A DNA stretch of 36,909 nucleotides from an uncultured archaeon (GCA_964564335.1 CAZMBV010000003.1:1953-38861), one strand, 5' to 3'. Numbered from the stretch's first letter, positions 9,111 to 18,510 are shown. Made by a program: numbers and translations. Notes: generated from the sequence alone by a model not told the origin.

Positions 9111-10289
9111 ATGACGAAACCCTACGAACCTCTCAAACAAGACGGACTCGAGATAGAACCAATAGTGTGTGCAAGGTGCGGCTTTTGTACATTCGTGTGC
9201 CCAGCTTATCTTGATACTCTCTGGGATTCACAATCACCGAGAGGGAAGATATTCCAACTAGCGGATCTCATTAAGAATAACAAGCCAATTCCAGCTGACT
9301 TTGCAGCTAGGATTTTCAATTGCACATTATGTGGAGCATGTCAAGAAATCTGTCAGACAAATATACCTCTATTGAGATTCTGGCAACGTGTAAGACAAGA
9401 GATTGGAAATCTTGAGGAATGGCCAGAAATCGTGAATTATATCGATACATCGATACAAGAGACTCAGAACATCATGGAGATGGACCAAGAGGACAGAAAC
9501 CTCTGGACAGATATGGTGGATGATCTTGTTGAGGACAGAATAGGAATCAAAGCTGAGGTGGCATATTTTGCAGGTTGTAATATTTCCTTCAAAGGAACAC
9601 TTGCACATATGGGCGAAAACACAATCAAAATAATGCATGCAGCCGGAGTGGATTTCACAATCCTCGGTGAAGAAGAATATTGTTGCGGGAATCCTTACTT
9701 CGTAGCAGGTGGTTTTGACAAGGGTATTGAATTAGCAAAACACAATCTCCAGAAGATGAAAGAACTTGGTGTGAAGACTGTAGTCTTCAACTGTCCAGGT
9801 TGCCATCGGTCTTTTTCGGAAGAATATCCTCACTTACTCGGTAAAGAAGCAACAGAGGGACTTGAGTTCCTTCCATTCTCAGAGTTTGTTTTGAGACTTC
9901 TCAACGAAGGAAAAATCAAATTCATTAAGAATTACCCACATGTGGTAGCTTGGCATGATCCTTGTGAATTGGGACGTCATCAAAACATCTACAATCCCGC
10001 TCGAGAGGTTTTGAATGCGATTCCTGGAATACAGGTTCGTGAGATGAAACACAATCGAAACAAAGCAAGGTGTTGTGGTGGTGGTGGACTGCTCAAAGGG
10101 ACTAATCCCATGATGTCTGTGCGAATTTCAGGTAGACGTGTTGAAGAAGCGACGAAGACAGGAGCCGAAATCATGTCCAGTGAATGTCCATCATGTACAA
10201 TGTCATTGAAGGATGGAATTGAACATATAGAATCGGACATGAAGTTCAAGGACTTGTCACAGATAGTAGTGGAGGCTCTTGGATTATAG
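9111..10289 (+). CDS. (Fe-S)-binding oxidoreductase, GlcF/HdrD-like, paralog 3
   Basis: CARCGFCTFVCP, CTLCGACQEIC, YCCG..CPGC, WHDPCE..RCCGG..CPSC. SD AGGAG upstream. Confidence 0.9.
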   Translation: MTKPYEPLKQDGLEIEPIVCARCGFCTFVCPAYLDTLWDSQSPRGKIFQLADLIKNNKPIPADFAARIFNCTLCGACQEICQTNIPLLRFWQRVRQEIGNLEEWPEIVNYIDTSIQETQNIMEMDQEDRNLWTDMVDDLVEDRIGIKAEVAYFAGCNISFKGTLAHMGENTIKIMHAAGVDFTILGEEEYCCGNPYFVAGGFDKGIELAKHNLQKMKELGVKTVVFNCPGCHRSFSEEYPHLLGKEATEGLEFLPFSEFVLRLLNEGKIKFIKNYPHVVAWHDPCELGRHQNIYNPAREVLNAIPGIQVREMKHNRNKARCCGGGGLLKGTNPMMSVRISGRRVEEATKTGAEIMSSECPSCTMSLKDGIEHIESDMKFKDLSQIVVEALGL

Positions 10290-10300
10290 GGAGTGAAGAT

Positions 10301-12022
10301 ATGTTACGAAATGAACATTTACAAAAACTTGCAGATATCGTTGGTGAAGATTTCTTCTCATCAGCAGAGTACATGAATCAACTCTACTCACACGACATTT
10401 CTGCACTTCCAGGAATTGTCAATGACCTAATCAATCCTCATGCAGAAGCAGTTGCACAACCAACTACTAGCGAAATAGTATCGAATTTACTCAAATATTG
10501 TAAAGAGAATAATATCCAGGTTATTCCTCGTGGACATGGAACTTCTGGATATGGCGGAGCGCTCCCTACAAAGGGTGGCTTAGTAGTCGATATGACCCGA
10601 ATGAATGAAATATACGACATCGACAAAGGCAGCATGACAATCCAAGTTGGTGCAGGAATTATTTGGGGAAGATTAATCGAATTTCTTGAAGACGAAGGAC
10701 TATCAGTTGCAGCCTATCCTTCTAGTGCACCTTCCTGTACAGTGGGTGGATGGGTGGCTGCAGGAGGCTGCGGTATTGGTAGTACCAAATATGGAGGCAT
10801 CAGAGAGCAAGTTGTAGAGATGGAAGTCGTCTTACCAGACGGCGAGATCATTAGTACGATTAAACCAATCGATGAAGTTTTCAAAGATGACAAGCCAGAA
10901 CCATTTTTCAAAGGAGACAAGAAATTCTATTGGGAATCCGAAGTTGGCTCAGAAAACAATGAAGAGTCCACTTCAATGTTTATTGATAGTAATGGAACAT
11001 TGGGAATAATCACTAAGGTCGTATTGAGCATAATTCCAATCCGTAAGATTAAACCTATGACTATTTCATTCCCAAACAAGGAACAGACCATGGGTGCTAT
11101 GCAAGCTATCCTCAGAATCACGAGACCTTTCTATCTCCATTTCATAACAGACGAGTTTTTTGGGATGCTAAAAGAGTTAGATAAGGCTCCTGATGTAGCA
11201 GGTGAATGGCTTGTTCTATGTGCTCTTGAAGGAACAGAAGAAGAAAACAATGAATTTGCAGAAAAAATCACCAAAGCAATAGCAATGTATCATGGGACAG
11301 TCGAGTCAGAAGAAATAGGTCATCATGAATGGGATGAAAGGTTCTATCCCATGAGAGTGAAAAGATTGGGTCCAAGTGTAGCGCCATCTGAGGTATATGT
11401 TCCCCTAGAGAGAATGGTGGACTTCATTGACCACTGTAACAAGCATTTCAAGGGAGAGAGAATGGCTATGGAAGGAGCTGTCAATCATCGAAATGAAGTT
11501 GCAGTGCTTACCTGGTTCTTGGATGATGAGCGTCGGAGAATTCCATTCATGTTTGGATGGTATCGGTCTCTTGATGTCATAAATATCGGTATCAAGAAAG
11601 GTGGAAGAGCATACTCTATTGGAATGTGGAATGTCGCACATTCACGCCAGTTCTATGGTAAAGAAGATTATACCAAGATGGCTAAACTAAAGAAAAGGAC
11701 TGATTCGAAGAGCTACCTTAATTCGCATAAAGTATTCCCAGGGCCATTATATTTGAGTACTCGAATTGGGCTGCTCATTATGTTGGCCGCTGCTATCGCA
11801 GTGCCAATTGCTATAATGGTTGCTTGGTGGATAGTGCCAAGTATACTTACAGCCTACGTTCCATGGGTTGTCGTAAATGATCCTGCAACTTTTCTATTGT
11901 GGGCGATAGTTGGGGTTGGCGTCGGATTTGCGGTACAAGAATTTGCAAATCTAATACCAATTTCTGTTGTCCTATCAATGGGTACACCTTTCCTCAGGTT
12001 GGGAAGGAAGATATTCCACTGA
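10301..12022 (+). CDS. FAD-binding oxidoreductase, GlcD/VAO family with C-terminal membrane anchor, paralog 3
   Basis: IPRGHGTSGYGG, YPSSAPSCTVGGW, SNGTLGIIT and WDERFYPMRVKRLGPS. C-terminal TM hairpin. Confidence 0.88.
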   Translation: MLRNEHLQKLADIVGEDFFSSAEYMNQLYSHDISALPGIVNDLINPHAEAVAQPTTSEIVSNLLKYCKENNIQVIPRGHGTSGYGGALPTKGGLVVDMTRMNEIYDIDKGSMTIQVGAGIIWGRLIEFLEDEGLSVAAYPSSAPSCTVGGWVAAGGCGIGSTKYGGIREQVVEMEVVLPDGEIISTIKPIDEVFKDDKPEPFFKGDKKFYWESEVGSENNEESTSMFIDSNGTLGIITKVVLSIIPIRKIKPMTISFPNKEQTMGAMQAILRITRPFYLHFITDEFFGMLKELDKAPDVAGEWLVLCALEGTEEENNEFAEKITKAIAMYHGTVESEEIGHHEWDERFYPMRVKRLGPSVAPSEVYVPLERMVDFIDHCNKHFKGERMAMEGAVNHRNEVAVLTWFLDDERRRIPFMFGWYRSLDVINIGIKKGGRAYSIGMWNVAHSRQFYGKEDYTKMAKLKKRTDSKSYLNSHKVFPGPLYLSTRIGLLIMLAAAIAVPIAIMVAWWIVPSILTAYVPWVVVNDPATFLLWAIVGVGVGFAVQEFANLIPISVVLSMGTPFLRLGRKIFH

Positions 12023-12104
12023 ATCAAATCTGTCGAGCTAAATAGATGTAGACAGACTAAAAAGACAGGCAGTAGTGAAACATAGAAAGAGGATTAGGAT
12101 TCAG

Positions 12105-12785
12105 ATGTCAGCCAAAGCCATCGAGATACGAGATCTCACTAGGAGATATGGGTACAGAGTTGCGCTAAGGAAAATATCTCTCGATTTCTCAGAGAAAGGG
12201 ATTCAGGGTCTCTTTGGTTCAAATGGCGCTGGCAAAACAACATTATTGCGAGTCATATCCACACTACTGCGTCCTCACGGAGGAACGATCATTGTTATGG
12301 GATTCAATCCACAAGAAGAGCCAGAAGAGGTGAAGAAGTTTCTGGGTCTAGTGGGAGATAAACCACTACTATATAATGAGCTAACAGGCATCGAGAATCT
12401 CAGATTTTATTCAAAGCTTTATGGATTGCGGTCTGACTTCTTTGAAAGCCAGGTTGAGGAGTTATCCCAACGTTTTGCCATTAAGACTTGGCTTGAAGAA
12501 CCTGTCAAGAATCTATCGACGGGACTTAAAAAAAGACTTGATATCGTTCGAAGTCTGATTCACAACCCAGAACTATTGCTTCTAGATGAACCATTCAGCG
12601 GCTTAGATAAAGATACAACTGAGGATTTTCAAGAATATCTCAATGAGTTTAGAAACATAAGAACAACAATTGTGACAACTCACAATCTAGCTTTTGGAGC
12701 TGAATTGTGTGATGAATTTGTCACTCTCAGAAAAGGAGTAGTCGTTAGTCAAGGTCCAATTTCTGAATTTGATCAGACACTCTGA
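12105..12785 (+). CDS. ccmA: Heme-exporter ABC ATPase CcmA
   Basis: Walker A GSNGAGKTT, signature LSTGLKKR, LLLDEPF. Directly upstream of ccmB and ccmC. Confidence 0.85.
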   Translation: MSAKAIEIRDLTRRYGYRVALRKISLDFSEKGIQGLFGSNGAGKTTLLRVISTLLRPHGGTIIVMGFNPQEEPEEVKKFLGLVGDKPLLYNELTGIENLRFYSKLYGLRSDFFESQVEELSQRFAIKTWLEEPVKNLSTGLKKRLDIVRSLIHNPELLLLDEPFSGLDKDTTEDFQEYLNEFRNIRTTIVTTHNLAFGAELCDEFVTLRKGVVVSQGPISEFDQTL

Positions 12786-12794
12786 GGTGATACG

Positions 12795-13502
12795 ATGACA
12801 TCCGGATTTAGTGCAGCATTTGCAATCGCAAAGAAGGACATTATCATTCAATTTCGTAAGAAGTTTGAAGCATTCGCAATGTTTCTCTTTGCTCTGATTG
12901 CAGTCATTGCATTTTCTTTTGCACTTGTTTCAGAAGGGTCGATACCAGCAGATGTTGGAAGTGCTATGTTGTGGGTCATCATTTTCTTCATGGGAATGTT
13001 TGGTTTCGCTCCCATTTTCCTTTCAGAATCTGAAACAGGAACCCTACGTGGTCTTGCAACCGCCCCAATTCCAGCATGGGCAGTGTATATTGGCAAAGTT
13101 ATCTATGGTTTTGTCCTGATGGGAATGGTTGTGATCTTTCTAGTTCCTATAATTTCTGTATTGTTTGGTTTCTCATTCCTGACTAACCTTCCACTAACTA
13201 TCGCTGTATTCATTATCGGAATATTAGATTTGGCTGCAGTAGGTTCAATGGCATCAGCCCTAACAATGCCTTCGGAAGCAAAAGCAACAGTATTTCCACT
13301 CGTGTATTTCCCTACAGCAACATCAGGATTAATCCTCCTCATCGAAATCACAAAGAGTATAGTTCTAGGTGACCTGTTTATAGGCATTGGAGTCATGGGA
13401 CCTGAACAAACAGTTATGTTACTATTTGAAATACTTCTTGCTCACCTGATAGCTATGTTGACACTCTCAGCATCTGTATTCCACTTTGCGCTTTCACCTT
13501 GA
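12795..13502 (+). CDS. ccmB: Heme exporter permease CcmB
   Basis: 6-TM protein with AIAKKD, LWVIIFF and ESETGTLRGL..P..VYIGK, typical of CcmB. SD GAGGTGA. Confidence 0.85.
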   Translation: MTSGFSAAFAIAKKDIIIQFRKKFEAFAMFLFALIAVIAFSFALVSEGSIPADVGSAMLWVIIFFMGMFGFAPIFLSESETGTLRGLATAPIPAWAVYIGKVIYGFVLMGMVVIFLVPIISVLFGFSFLTNLPLTIAVFIIGILDLAAVGSMASALTMPSEAKATVFPLVYFPTATSGLILLIEITKSIVLGDLFIGIGVMGPEQTVMLLFEILLAHLIAMLTLSASVFHFALSP

Positions 13503-13564
13503 ATGTTCAAAACTATCAAAACCTTCATATTGCAAGTAGCAGAGCAAGCATCAATTCGAGTTGA

Positions 13565-14239
13565 ATGGCCGTGAGTAAGAACCGACTGATATTTCTCGGA
13601 ATAACAGCAGCGATATCACTTCTCTATGTCTATATGACATGGATTTTCTCACCACCAGATGCTGTACTTGGAGAAAACGTTCGTATCTTCTTCCAGCATG
13701 TAGCCCCTGCTCTTGTAGCATACGGATTATTCGGGGGAACATTACTATGCGGAATAATGTATCTCTGGAAAGGAGATTTGAAATATGACATCCTCGGAGC
13801 GGTATCAATTAAACTTGGATTGTTGTTCACTACTATAACACTATTGAGTGGTATGATGTGGGCGGATGCAGCATGGCATTCACCTTGGAACTGGGACCCA
13901 CGCGAAACGACCACTCTCATTTTATGGGTAGCATATGCTTGTATCTTAGCATATCGATCCTCTGTTAGTGATCGAGAGGTAAGAGCCCAATTTGGTTCTA
14001 TCTTCGGGATCATTGCGTTCCCGATGGTAATATTGAGCTATCTTTCAATCCAAATTTGGGACACTCTTCATCCAAGAGTTATAACAGAATCAGGACTTAA
14101 TATGGAAGTAGAACACATGATGACCCTATTTGTTGCAATGATTGCAGTTACAATGATTGCACTGATTATGGTCGAACTAGCATATAGAGTCGATTTAGCA
14201 TATGAGAAGTTGATGAGAATAAGAATGTCAAGGAGCTAA
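13565..14239 (+). CDS. ccmC: Cytochrome c biogenesis protein CcmC
   Basis: WWD motif GMMWADAAWHSPWNWDPRETT, flanked by His ligands (IFFQHV, TLHP). Confidence 0.93.
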   Translation: MAVSKNRLIFLGITAAISLLYVYMTWIFSPPDAVLGENVRIFFQHVAPALVAYGLFGGTLLCGIMYLWKGDLKYDILGAVSIKLGLLFTTITLLSGMMWADAAWHSPWNWDPRETTTLILWVAYACILAYRSSVSDREVRAQFGSIFGIIAFPMVILSYLSIQIWDTLHPRVITESGLNMEVEHMMTLFVAMIAVTMIALIMVELAYRVDLAYEKLMRIRMSRS

Positions 14240-14243
14240 TATA

Positions 14244-14384
14244 ATGCAGCAGGTTGAACTATTCGTTGTAGCCATAATACTGTGGGGTGGAATGTTCGCA
14301 TTCCTATTTTACCTTCTAATGAGAATGGTCGGAATCGAAAAACAAATCAAGATTGTTGAATCGCAGATAGATGGAGAACAATAG
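14244..14384 (+). CDS. ccmD: CcmD-family small membrane protein (46 aa, not in ORF track)
   Basis: Manually translated MQQVELFVVAIILWGGMFAFLFYLLMRMVGIEKQIKIVESQIDGEQ*. Single TM plus charged helix. Fills the ccmC-ccmE gap almost exactly (4 and 2 nt spacers). AGGAG upstream. Confidence 0.8.
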   Translation: MQQVELFVVAIILWGGMFAFLFYLLMRMVGIEKQIKIVESQIDGEQ

Positions 14385-14386
14385 AG

Positions 14387-14773
14387 ATGAATAAGAAGAC
14401 TCGAATGGTTCTTGTTGTGGTCATCCTAGTATCTACTATTGGTTTTGTCGGTTTTAGCATGCTCAATCTCTTTGTGGATCCATACCTGAGTGTAGATGAT
14501 GTTGTTGAACATCCTGATTCGTATATTGGTAGAACAATACAGGTCAAAGGAGCACTTCAAGCAGGTTCTCTAACCATAAGTGCGGAGAATGTAACTCTAG
14601 TAATCGAAGGAGATAATTATACAATCACAGTGCTGCTACTAGGGGAAGTCCCAGACATGATTGATGGTCAAGATATTGTGGCAATTGGGACGCTGGAATC
14701 AGCCACTCTTATGAGAGCTACCGACATTTTGACATCGTGTCCAAGCAAATACGAAGCCACAACTACTCCATAA
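14387..14773 (+). CDS. ccmE: Heme chaperone CcmE, CxxxY variant (System I*)
   Basis: N-terminal TM, YLSVDDV, OB-fold and ILTSCPSKYE, where Cys replaces the His of HxxxY. Confidence 0.93.
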   Translation: MNKKTRMVLVVVILVSTIGFVGFSMLNLFVDPYLSVDDVVEHPDSYIGRTIQVKGALQAGSLTISAENVTLVIEGDNYTITVLLLGEVPDMIDGQDIVAIGTLESATLMRATDILTSCPSKYEATTTP

Positions 14774-15132
14774 AGAATTGATTCCCAATCATCACCAAAT
14801 CTTACCTTATGACCAAGAGGCTTTGTTTCAAGCATCCAATGAGTATGAACTTTCACGAGTATCAATGCTAACTATATTTCCGGTCGTTTTCAAGCTCGAT
14901 AAAACCTGTGACTTCTGTTGTTGTTCAGTATGTATTGATGCAGTTTGCCTTCTCTGTAGGTTCAATGATGTTTTTCATTTACAACATCTGATAAGGAATG
15001 TAAATAGATCGATGATTTTCTTTGCAGAATCTAACCTTATAGGGTCACATTTAAATTATGGTTAATAAAATATATGTAGCGTTTGAGCGTGTACAAGAAC
15101 GTCTGGTGGACCCATCCGCTAGAACGAAGGTT

Positions 15133-15468
15133 ATGAGTATGCTCATCGAAATGACATTCGCATTTATTCTAGTATTGGGAGCAACCTTCTTGCTATTTCT
15201 AATAGGTAATAGGTTGGCTCCATTGACAACCGATCGTGATGAAGGGCAGCACCAATATGCTTGTGGAGAAAGTCCTATCGGTTTCAAACAGAAGACGAGC
15301 ATATCGCTCTATAGATACCTCATCTATTTCCTCGTGATGGATTCCTCACTATTGATAATTGCCTTTGCAGTACTGGGAGTTGTATACGCAAATCTTCTTT
15401 CACTATTGATGTATCTATCAATTATTCTTGTATCATCACTGTTGTTTTTAGAAGGAGGCAACCAATAG
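15133..15468 (+). CDS. nuoA: NuoA-like membrane subunit
   Basis: 3 TM, loop YACGESP (cf. YECG), YLIYFLVMD. Start is probably 15133 or 15139 rather than 15058. Confidence 0.8.
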   Translation: MSMLIEMTFAFILVLGATFLLFLIGNRLAPLTTDRDEGQHQYACGESPIGFKQKTSISLYRYLIYFLVMDSSLLIIAFAVLGVVYANLLSLLMYLSIILVSSLLFLEGGNQ

Positions 15469-15469
15469 A

Positions 15470-15910
15470 ATGTGTGCCTCTCGACTTGTCAGATGGGCAG
15501 AGAAGCGATCTCCATGGCTACTTCATTTTAACTCAGGTGCATGTAATGGATGTGATATTGAAGTCGTGGCCCTTCTCACCCCAAGGTATGATGTAACGAG
15601 ATTTGGTATTCAACTTGAACCTTCTCCGAGACATGCAGATGTACTCTTAGTTACAGGAGTGGTAACACGTCAGTGTGCTGAGCGTTTGAAACGAATCTAC
15701 GAACAGATGCCCAAACCAGCTTTTGTTATTGCAATAGGCGCGTGCGGATGTTCTGGAGGCGTGTTTGCAGGTAACTACCCCCTATTGAGCGGAGTTGATA
15801 AAGTAATTCCTGTTGATATGTACATTCCCGGATGTCCTCCGAAGCCAGAAGCAATCATTGATGGAGTTGTCAAACTCCTAAAGACATTGGAGGCAAGTGA
15901 AGATGAATGA
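15470..15910 (+). CDS. Group 4 [NiFe]-hydrogenase small subunit (NuoB homologue)
   Basis: GACNGCDIE is a hydrogenase-type CxxC rather than the NuoB CC motif. Also SPRHAD, GACGCSGG, IPGCPPKPE. Confidence 0.92.
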   Translation: MCASRLVRWAEKRSPWLLHFNSGACNGCDIEVVALLTPRYDVTRFGIQLEPSPRHADVLLVTGVVTRQCAERLKRIYEQMPKPAFVIAIGACGCSGGVFAGNYPLLSGVDKVIPVDMYIPGCPPKPEAIIDGVVKLLKTLEASEDE

Positions 15911-17489
15911 TGTAAATAAGAATCTCTCTTCGATGATTCTCGAGCATTTTGGGAAAGACACAGTACAGATAGAATCTCTCAAACCGGGACTAATAGCAAT
16001 CCATGCAAGCTCAGAGAAGAACAGGGATATCATCAAGACATTCCTTGATGCTGATGACGAAGCAACTCTCTCAGCAATTAGTGGAGTCGATCTGGGAGAT
16101 TCGACTGAGGTACTTTATCATATTAGGACTCATGGAACCATTGTCACGCTGAGATGTATTGTCCCAAGAAATAAACCAACTATTGCGAGTATAACCGATT
16201 TGATTCCTGGTGCAAACTTCCATGAACGCGAAACCGCAGATTTCTTTGGAGTAACATTCAAAGGGCATCCATACCCCAAACGACTGCTCATCTCAGATGA
16301 CTGGCCAGAGGGAGTATACCCACTGAGAAAAGACGCTGAGATTCCATCTCCCGAAACCAAAGCAGAAGTTTTACCAGAAGAAGAGATGACTACCAGAGCA
16401 GAGGGAACTAGGACTGTAAAGATTGTCATTGGCCCGCAGCATCCCGCACTTCTTGAACCGGAGAGATTTCTTGTGGATGTCGATGGGGAGACTGTTACAA
16501 AGGTAACACCTCGCATAGGATACTGCCATAGAGGAGTCGAGAAAGCTACCGAAAGTCGGACCTATATGCAGGATGTCTATCTTGTGGAGAGAATTTGCGG
16601 TATCTGTAATAGCTGCCATAGCACGACGTTTTGTCAAGCTGTTGAGTCTATACTCGATGTGGAAGTACCCTCCAGGGGTAAGTTCCTACGTACAATTGTT
16701 CTCGAATTGAACAGGATTCAGAGCCATTTTCTTGTGCTTGGCCATGCTGGTCATGAGATTGGTTACGATGCGCTATTCCAGTATATGTGGCGGGATAGAG
16801 AAATTGCTATGGACCTTACAGAGATACTTACTGGTAACAGAGTGATCACATCATTTCTGGCTATTGGTGGTGTCCGTCGCGATCTTGAAGAAAAGACTAA
16901 GCCTCGGATTATGGAGGACCTCAAGAAGTTGAGAGAGCGAGCAGAATTCTATAAACATCTCTTTGAAGAAGACAGAACTGTTCGGATGAGAACGGAGGGT
17001 GTCGGTGTGATGGACAAAAAGGAAGCCCTCTCATTATGCGTTGTTGGTCCGGTTGCACGTGCATCAGGACTCAAAATTGACGTAAGAAAAGAAGCACCAT
17101 ATGCCGCATATGGCGAGGTCCCCTATGAACTAATTTCCCGCACTGAAGGAGATTCATGGGCTCGACTTCTGGTGCGTGCTGAGGAGGTTCTGAATAGTGT
17201 AGATATGATTGAATATGCTGTTAATAACCTTCCAGCAGGTGACTTCAAGATAAGAGTCCCCAGGAGGGTCGCAGAAGGCGAGTCAATTAGCAGAGTCGAA
17301 GCGCCTCGTGGAGAACTCTTTTACTATGTGAAGAGTAATGGGACACAGTCTCCAGAACGTGTAAAGATTCGGACTCCTACTGTGACAAATCTCTATTCGG
17401 TAATTAAACTAACAGAAGGTGGTAACATTGCTGATGTTCCTGCAGCATTGGTGAGTCTGGACCCATGTTTTTCATGTACTGATAGATAG
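15903..17489 (+). CDS. Group 4 [NiFe]-hydrogenase large subunit, fused NuoC+NuoD-like
   Basis: NuoC-like FHERETADFFGVTFKGHP..YPLRK and GPQHPALLEP. L1 ERICGIC, EAPRGE, and L2 DPCFSCTDR followed directly by a stop. Confidence 0.93.
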   Translation: MNDVNKNLSSMILEHFGKDTVQIESLKPGLIAIHASSEKNRDIIKTFLDADDEATLSAISGVDLGDSTEVLYHIRTHGTIVTLRCIVPRNKPTIASITDLIPGANFHERETADFFGVTFKGHPYPKRLLISDDWPEGVYPLRKDAEIPSPETKAEVLPEEEMTTRAEGTRTVKIVIGPQHPALLEPERFLVDVDGETVTKVTPRIGYCHRGVEKATESRTYMQDVYLVERICGICNSCHSTTFCQAVESILDVEVPSRGKFLRTIVLELNRIQSHFLVLGHAGHEIGYDALFQYMWRDREIAMDLTEILTGNRVITSFLAIGGVRRDLEEKTKPRIMEDLKKLRERAEFYKHLFEEDRTVRMRTEGVGVMDKKEALSLCVVGPVARASGLKIDVRKEAPYAAYGEVPYELISRTEGDSWARLLVRAEEVLNSVDMIEYAVNNLPAGDFKIRVPRRVAEGESISRVEAPRGELFYYVKSNGTQSPERVKIRTPTVTNLYSVIKLTEGGNIADVPAALVSLDPCFSCTDR

Positions 17490-17500
17490 GAGGAAGTTGA

Positions 17501-18505
17501 TTGGTTAGTATTGATCTAGTATTCTTCATTCGTTCACTCCTATTTCCAGGATTTCTGTTTATTCTACTTATGTCTCTTTTCTATGACTGGGTGACACGAA
17601 AAGTAGAGGCACGAATGCAGAACCGAGTTGGACCTAACACTGCAGGACCAGCTGGAATTTTTCAACCTCTGGCTGATATTGTAAAGCTTCTCGCAAAGGA
17701 GAGACTAGTGCCTCATGATGTCAGGTCGCTAGCCTTCACCCTTGCTCCTGTACTATCACTTGCCATCTTCATTTTCACGCTATTCTTTCTGCCAATCGAC
17801 GGTTCCACGACTCTGTCGGGTATAAGCTTTGAGGGCGACCTCATAGTCATCTTGTCGATAATCACTCTTGCAAACCTGTTCCTTTTTCTCGCTGGCTGGG
17901 CGTCAACGAATGCCTATAGCAAAATAGGTGCCTCACGAGTACTGGTCATGTTTCTTGGCTACGACATTCCTCTGGTCATAATCGCACTTACACCTGCATT
18001 TCTTGCAAATAGCCTGAGTGTTTCAACTATTGCAACTAGTCAATCTATTCCATTCCTCTTCTTGATTCCTTGGTCCTTTGTTTTGTTCTTGGTCACTTTG
18101 CAAGCAGAACTGGAAAAAGATCCTTTTGATATACCTGATGCAGAAACCGAAATAGTAGGTGGCTACGAAACAGAATATGGAGGAACGGGGCTTGCTTTTC
18201 TTAAGCTTGCAAAGGATGTCCAGCTTTTCCTCGGTTCAGCTCTGGTTGTCGAGCTCTTTCTTGGAGGTCCCTATGGCCCTGTGTATTTTGATATGCCAGC
18301 TCTGTGGTTCACCATCTGGTTCATCCTAAAGGTTCTCTTTGTTGTCATACTTGGAGAATTCATAGCAAATATCTTCGCACGCCTGCGCATTGACCAAGTC
18401 CTATCAATATCTTGGAAACAGGTCATGCCATTGTCTGTTGTTTCGCTCATGGCGACTCTAATTGTCGCATTCTGGGTGCTACCCATCATAGGAGTTGGAG
18501 GCTAG
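17501..18505 (+). CDS. nuoH: NuoH-like membrane anchor subunit
   Basis: RKVEARMQNRVGP, QPLADIVKLLAKE, PFDIPDAETEIVGGYETEY. SD AGGAGG, TTG start. Confidence 0.92.
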   Translation: MVSIDLVFFIRSLLFPGFLFILLMSLFYDWVTRKVEARMQNRVGPNTAGPAGIFQPLADIVKLLAKERLVPHDVRSLAFTLAPVLSLAIFIFTLFFLPIDGSTTLSGISFEGDLIVILSIITLANLFLFLAGWASTNAYSKIGASRVLVMFLGYDIPLVIIALTPAFLANSLSVSTIATSQSIPFLFLIPWSFVLFLVTLQAELEKDPFDIPDAETEIVGGYETEYGGTGLAFLKLAKDVQLFLGSALVVELFLGGPYGPVYFDMPALWFTIWFILKVLFVVILGEFIANIFARLRIDQVLSISWKQVMPLSVVSLMATLIVAFWVLPIIGVGG

Positions 18506-18510
18506 TAGAG

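Noticed and set aside
9792-9806. CPGCH (CxxCH) in CCG paralog 3
   Set aside because: This is the terminal CxxC of a CCG domain in a cytoplasmic Fe-S protein. The paralogs have CGGCY and CPSCI at the same place.
2261-10289. CCG proteins as true CoM-CoB heterodisulfide reductase (methanogenesis)
   Set aside because: Each is paired with a GlcD-like flavoprotein, and there is no hdrE/hdrA/mcr context in the window. CCG domains are not diagnostic.
14778-15065. 95-aa Cys-rich ORF (CDFCCCSVC..) between ccmE and nuoA, or a ccmF remnant
   Set aside because: No SD, no recognisable family and no CcmF WWD motif. More likely an intergenic promoter region.
16605-16619. CNSCH (CxxCH) in the hydrogenase large subunit as a heme c site
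   Set aside because: It overlaps the L1 Ni-binding motif CGICxxxH of a cytoplasmic protein with no signal peptide.
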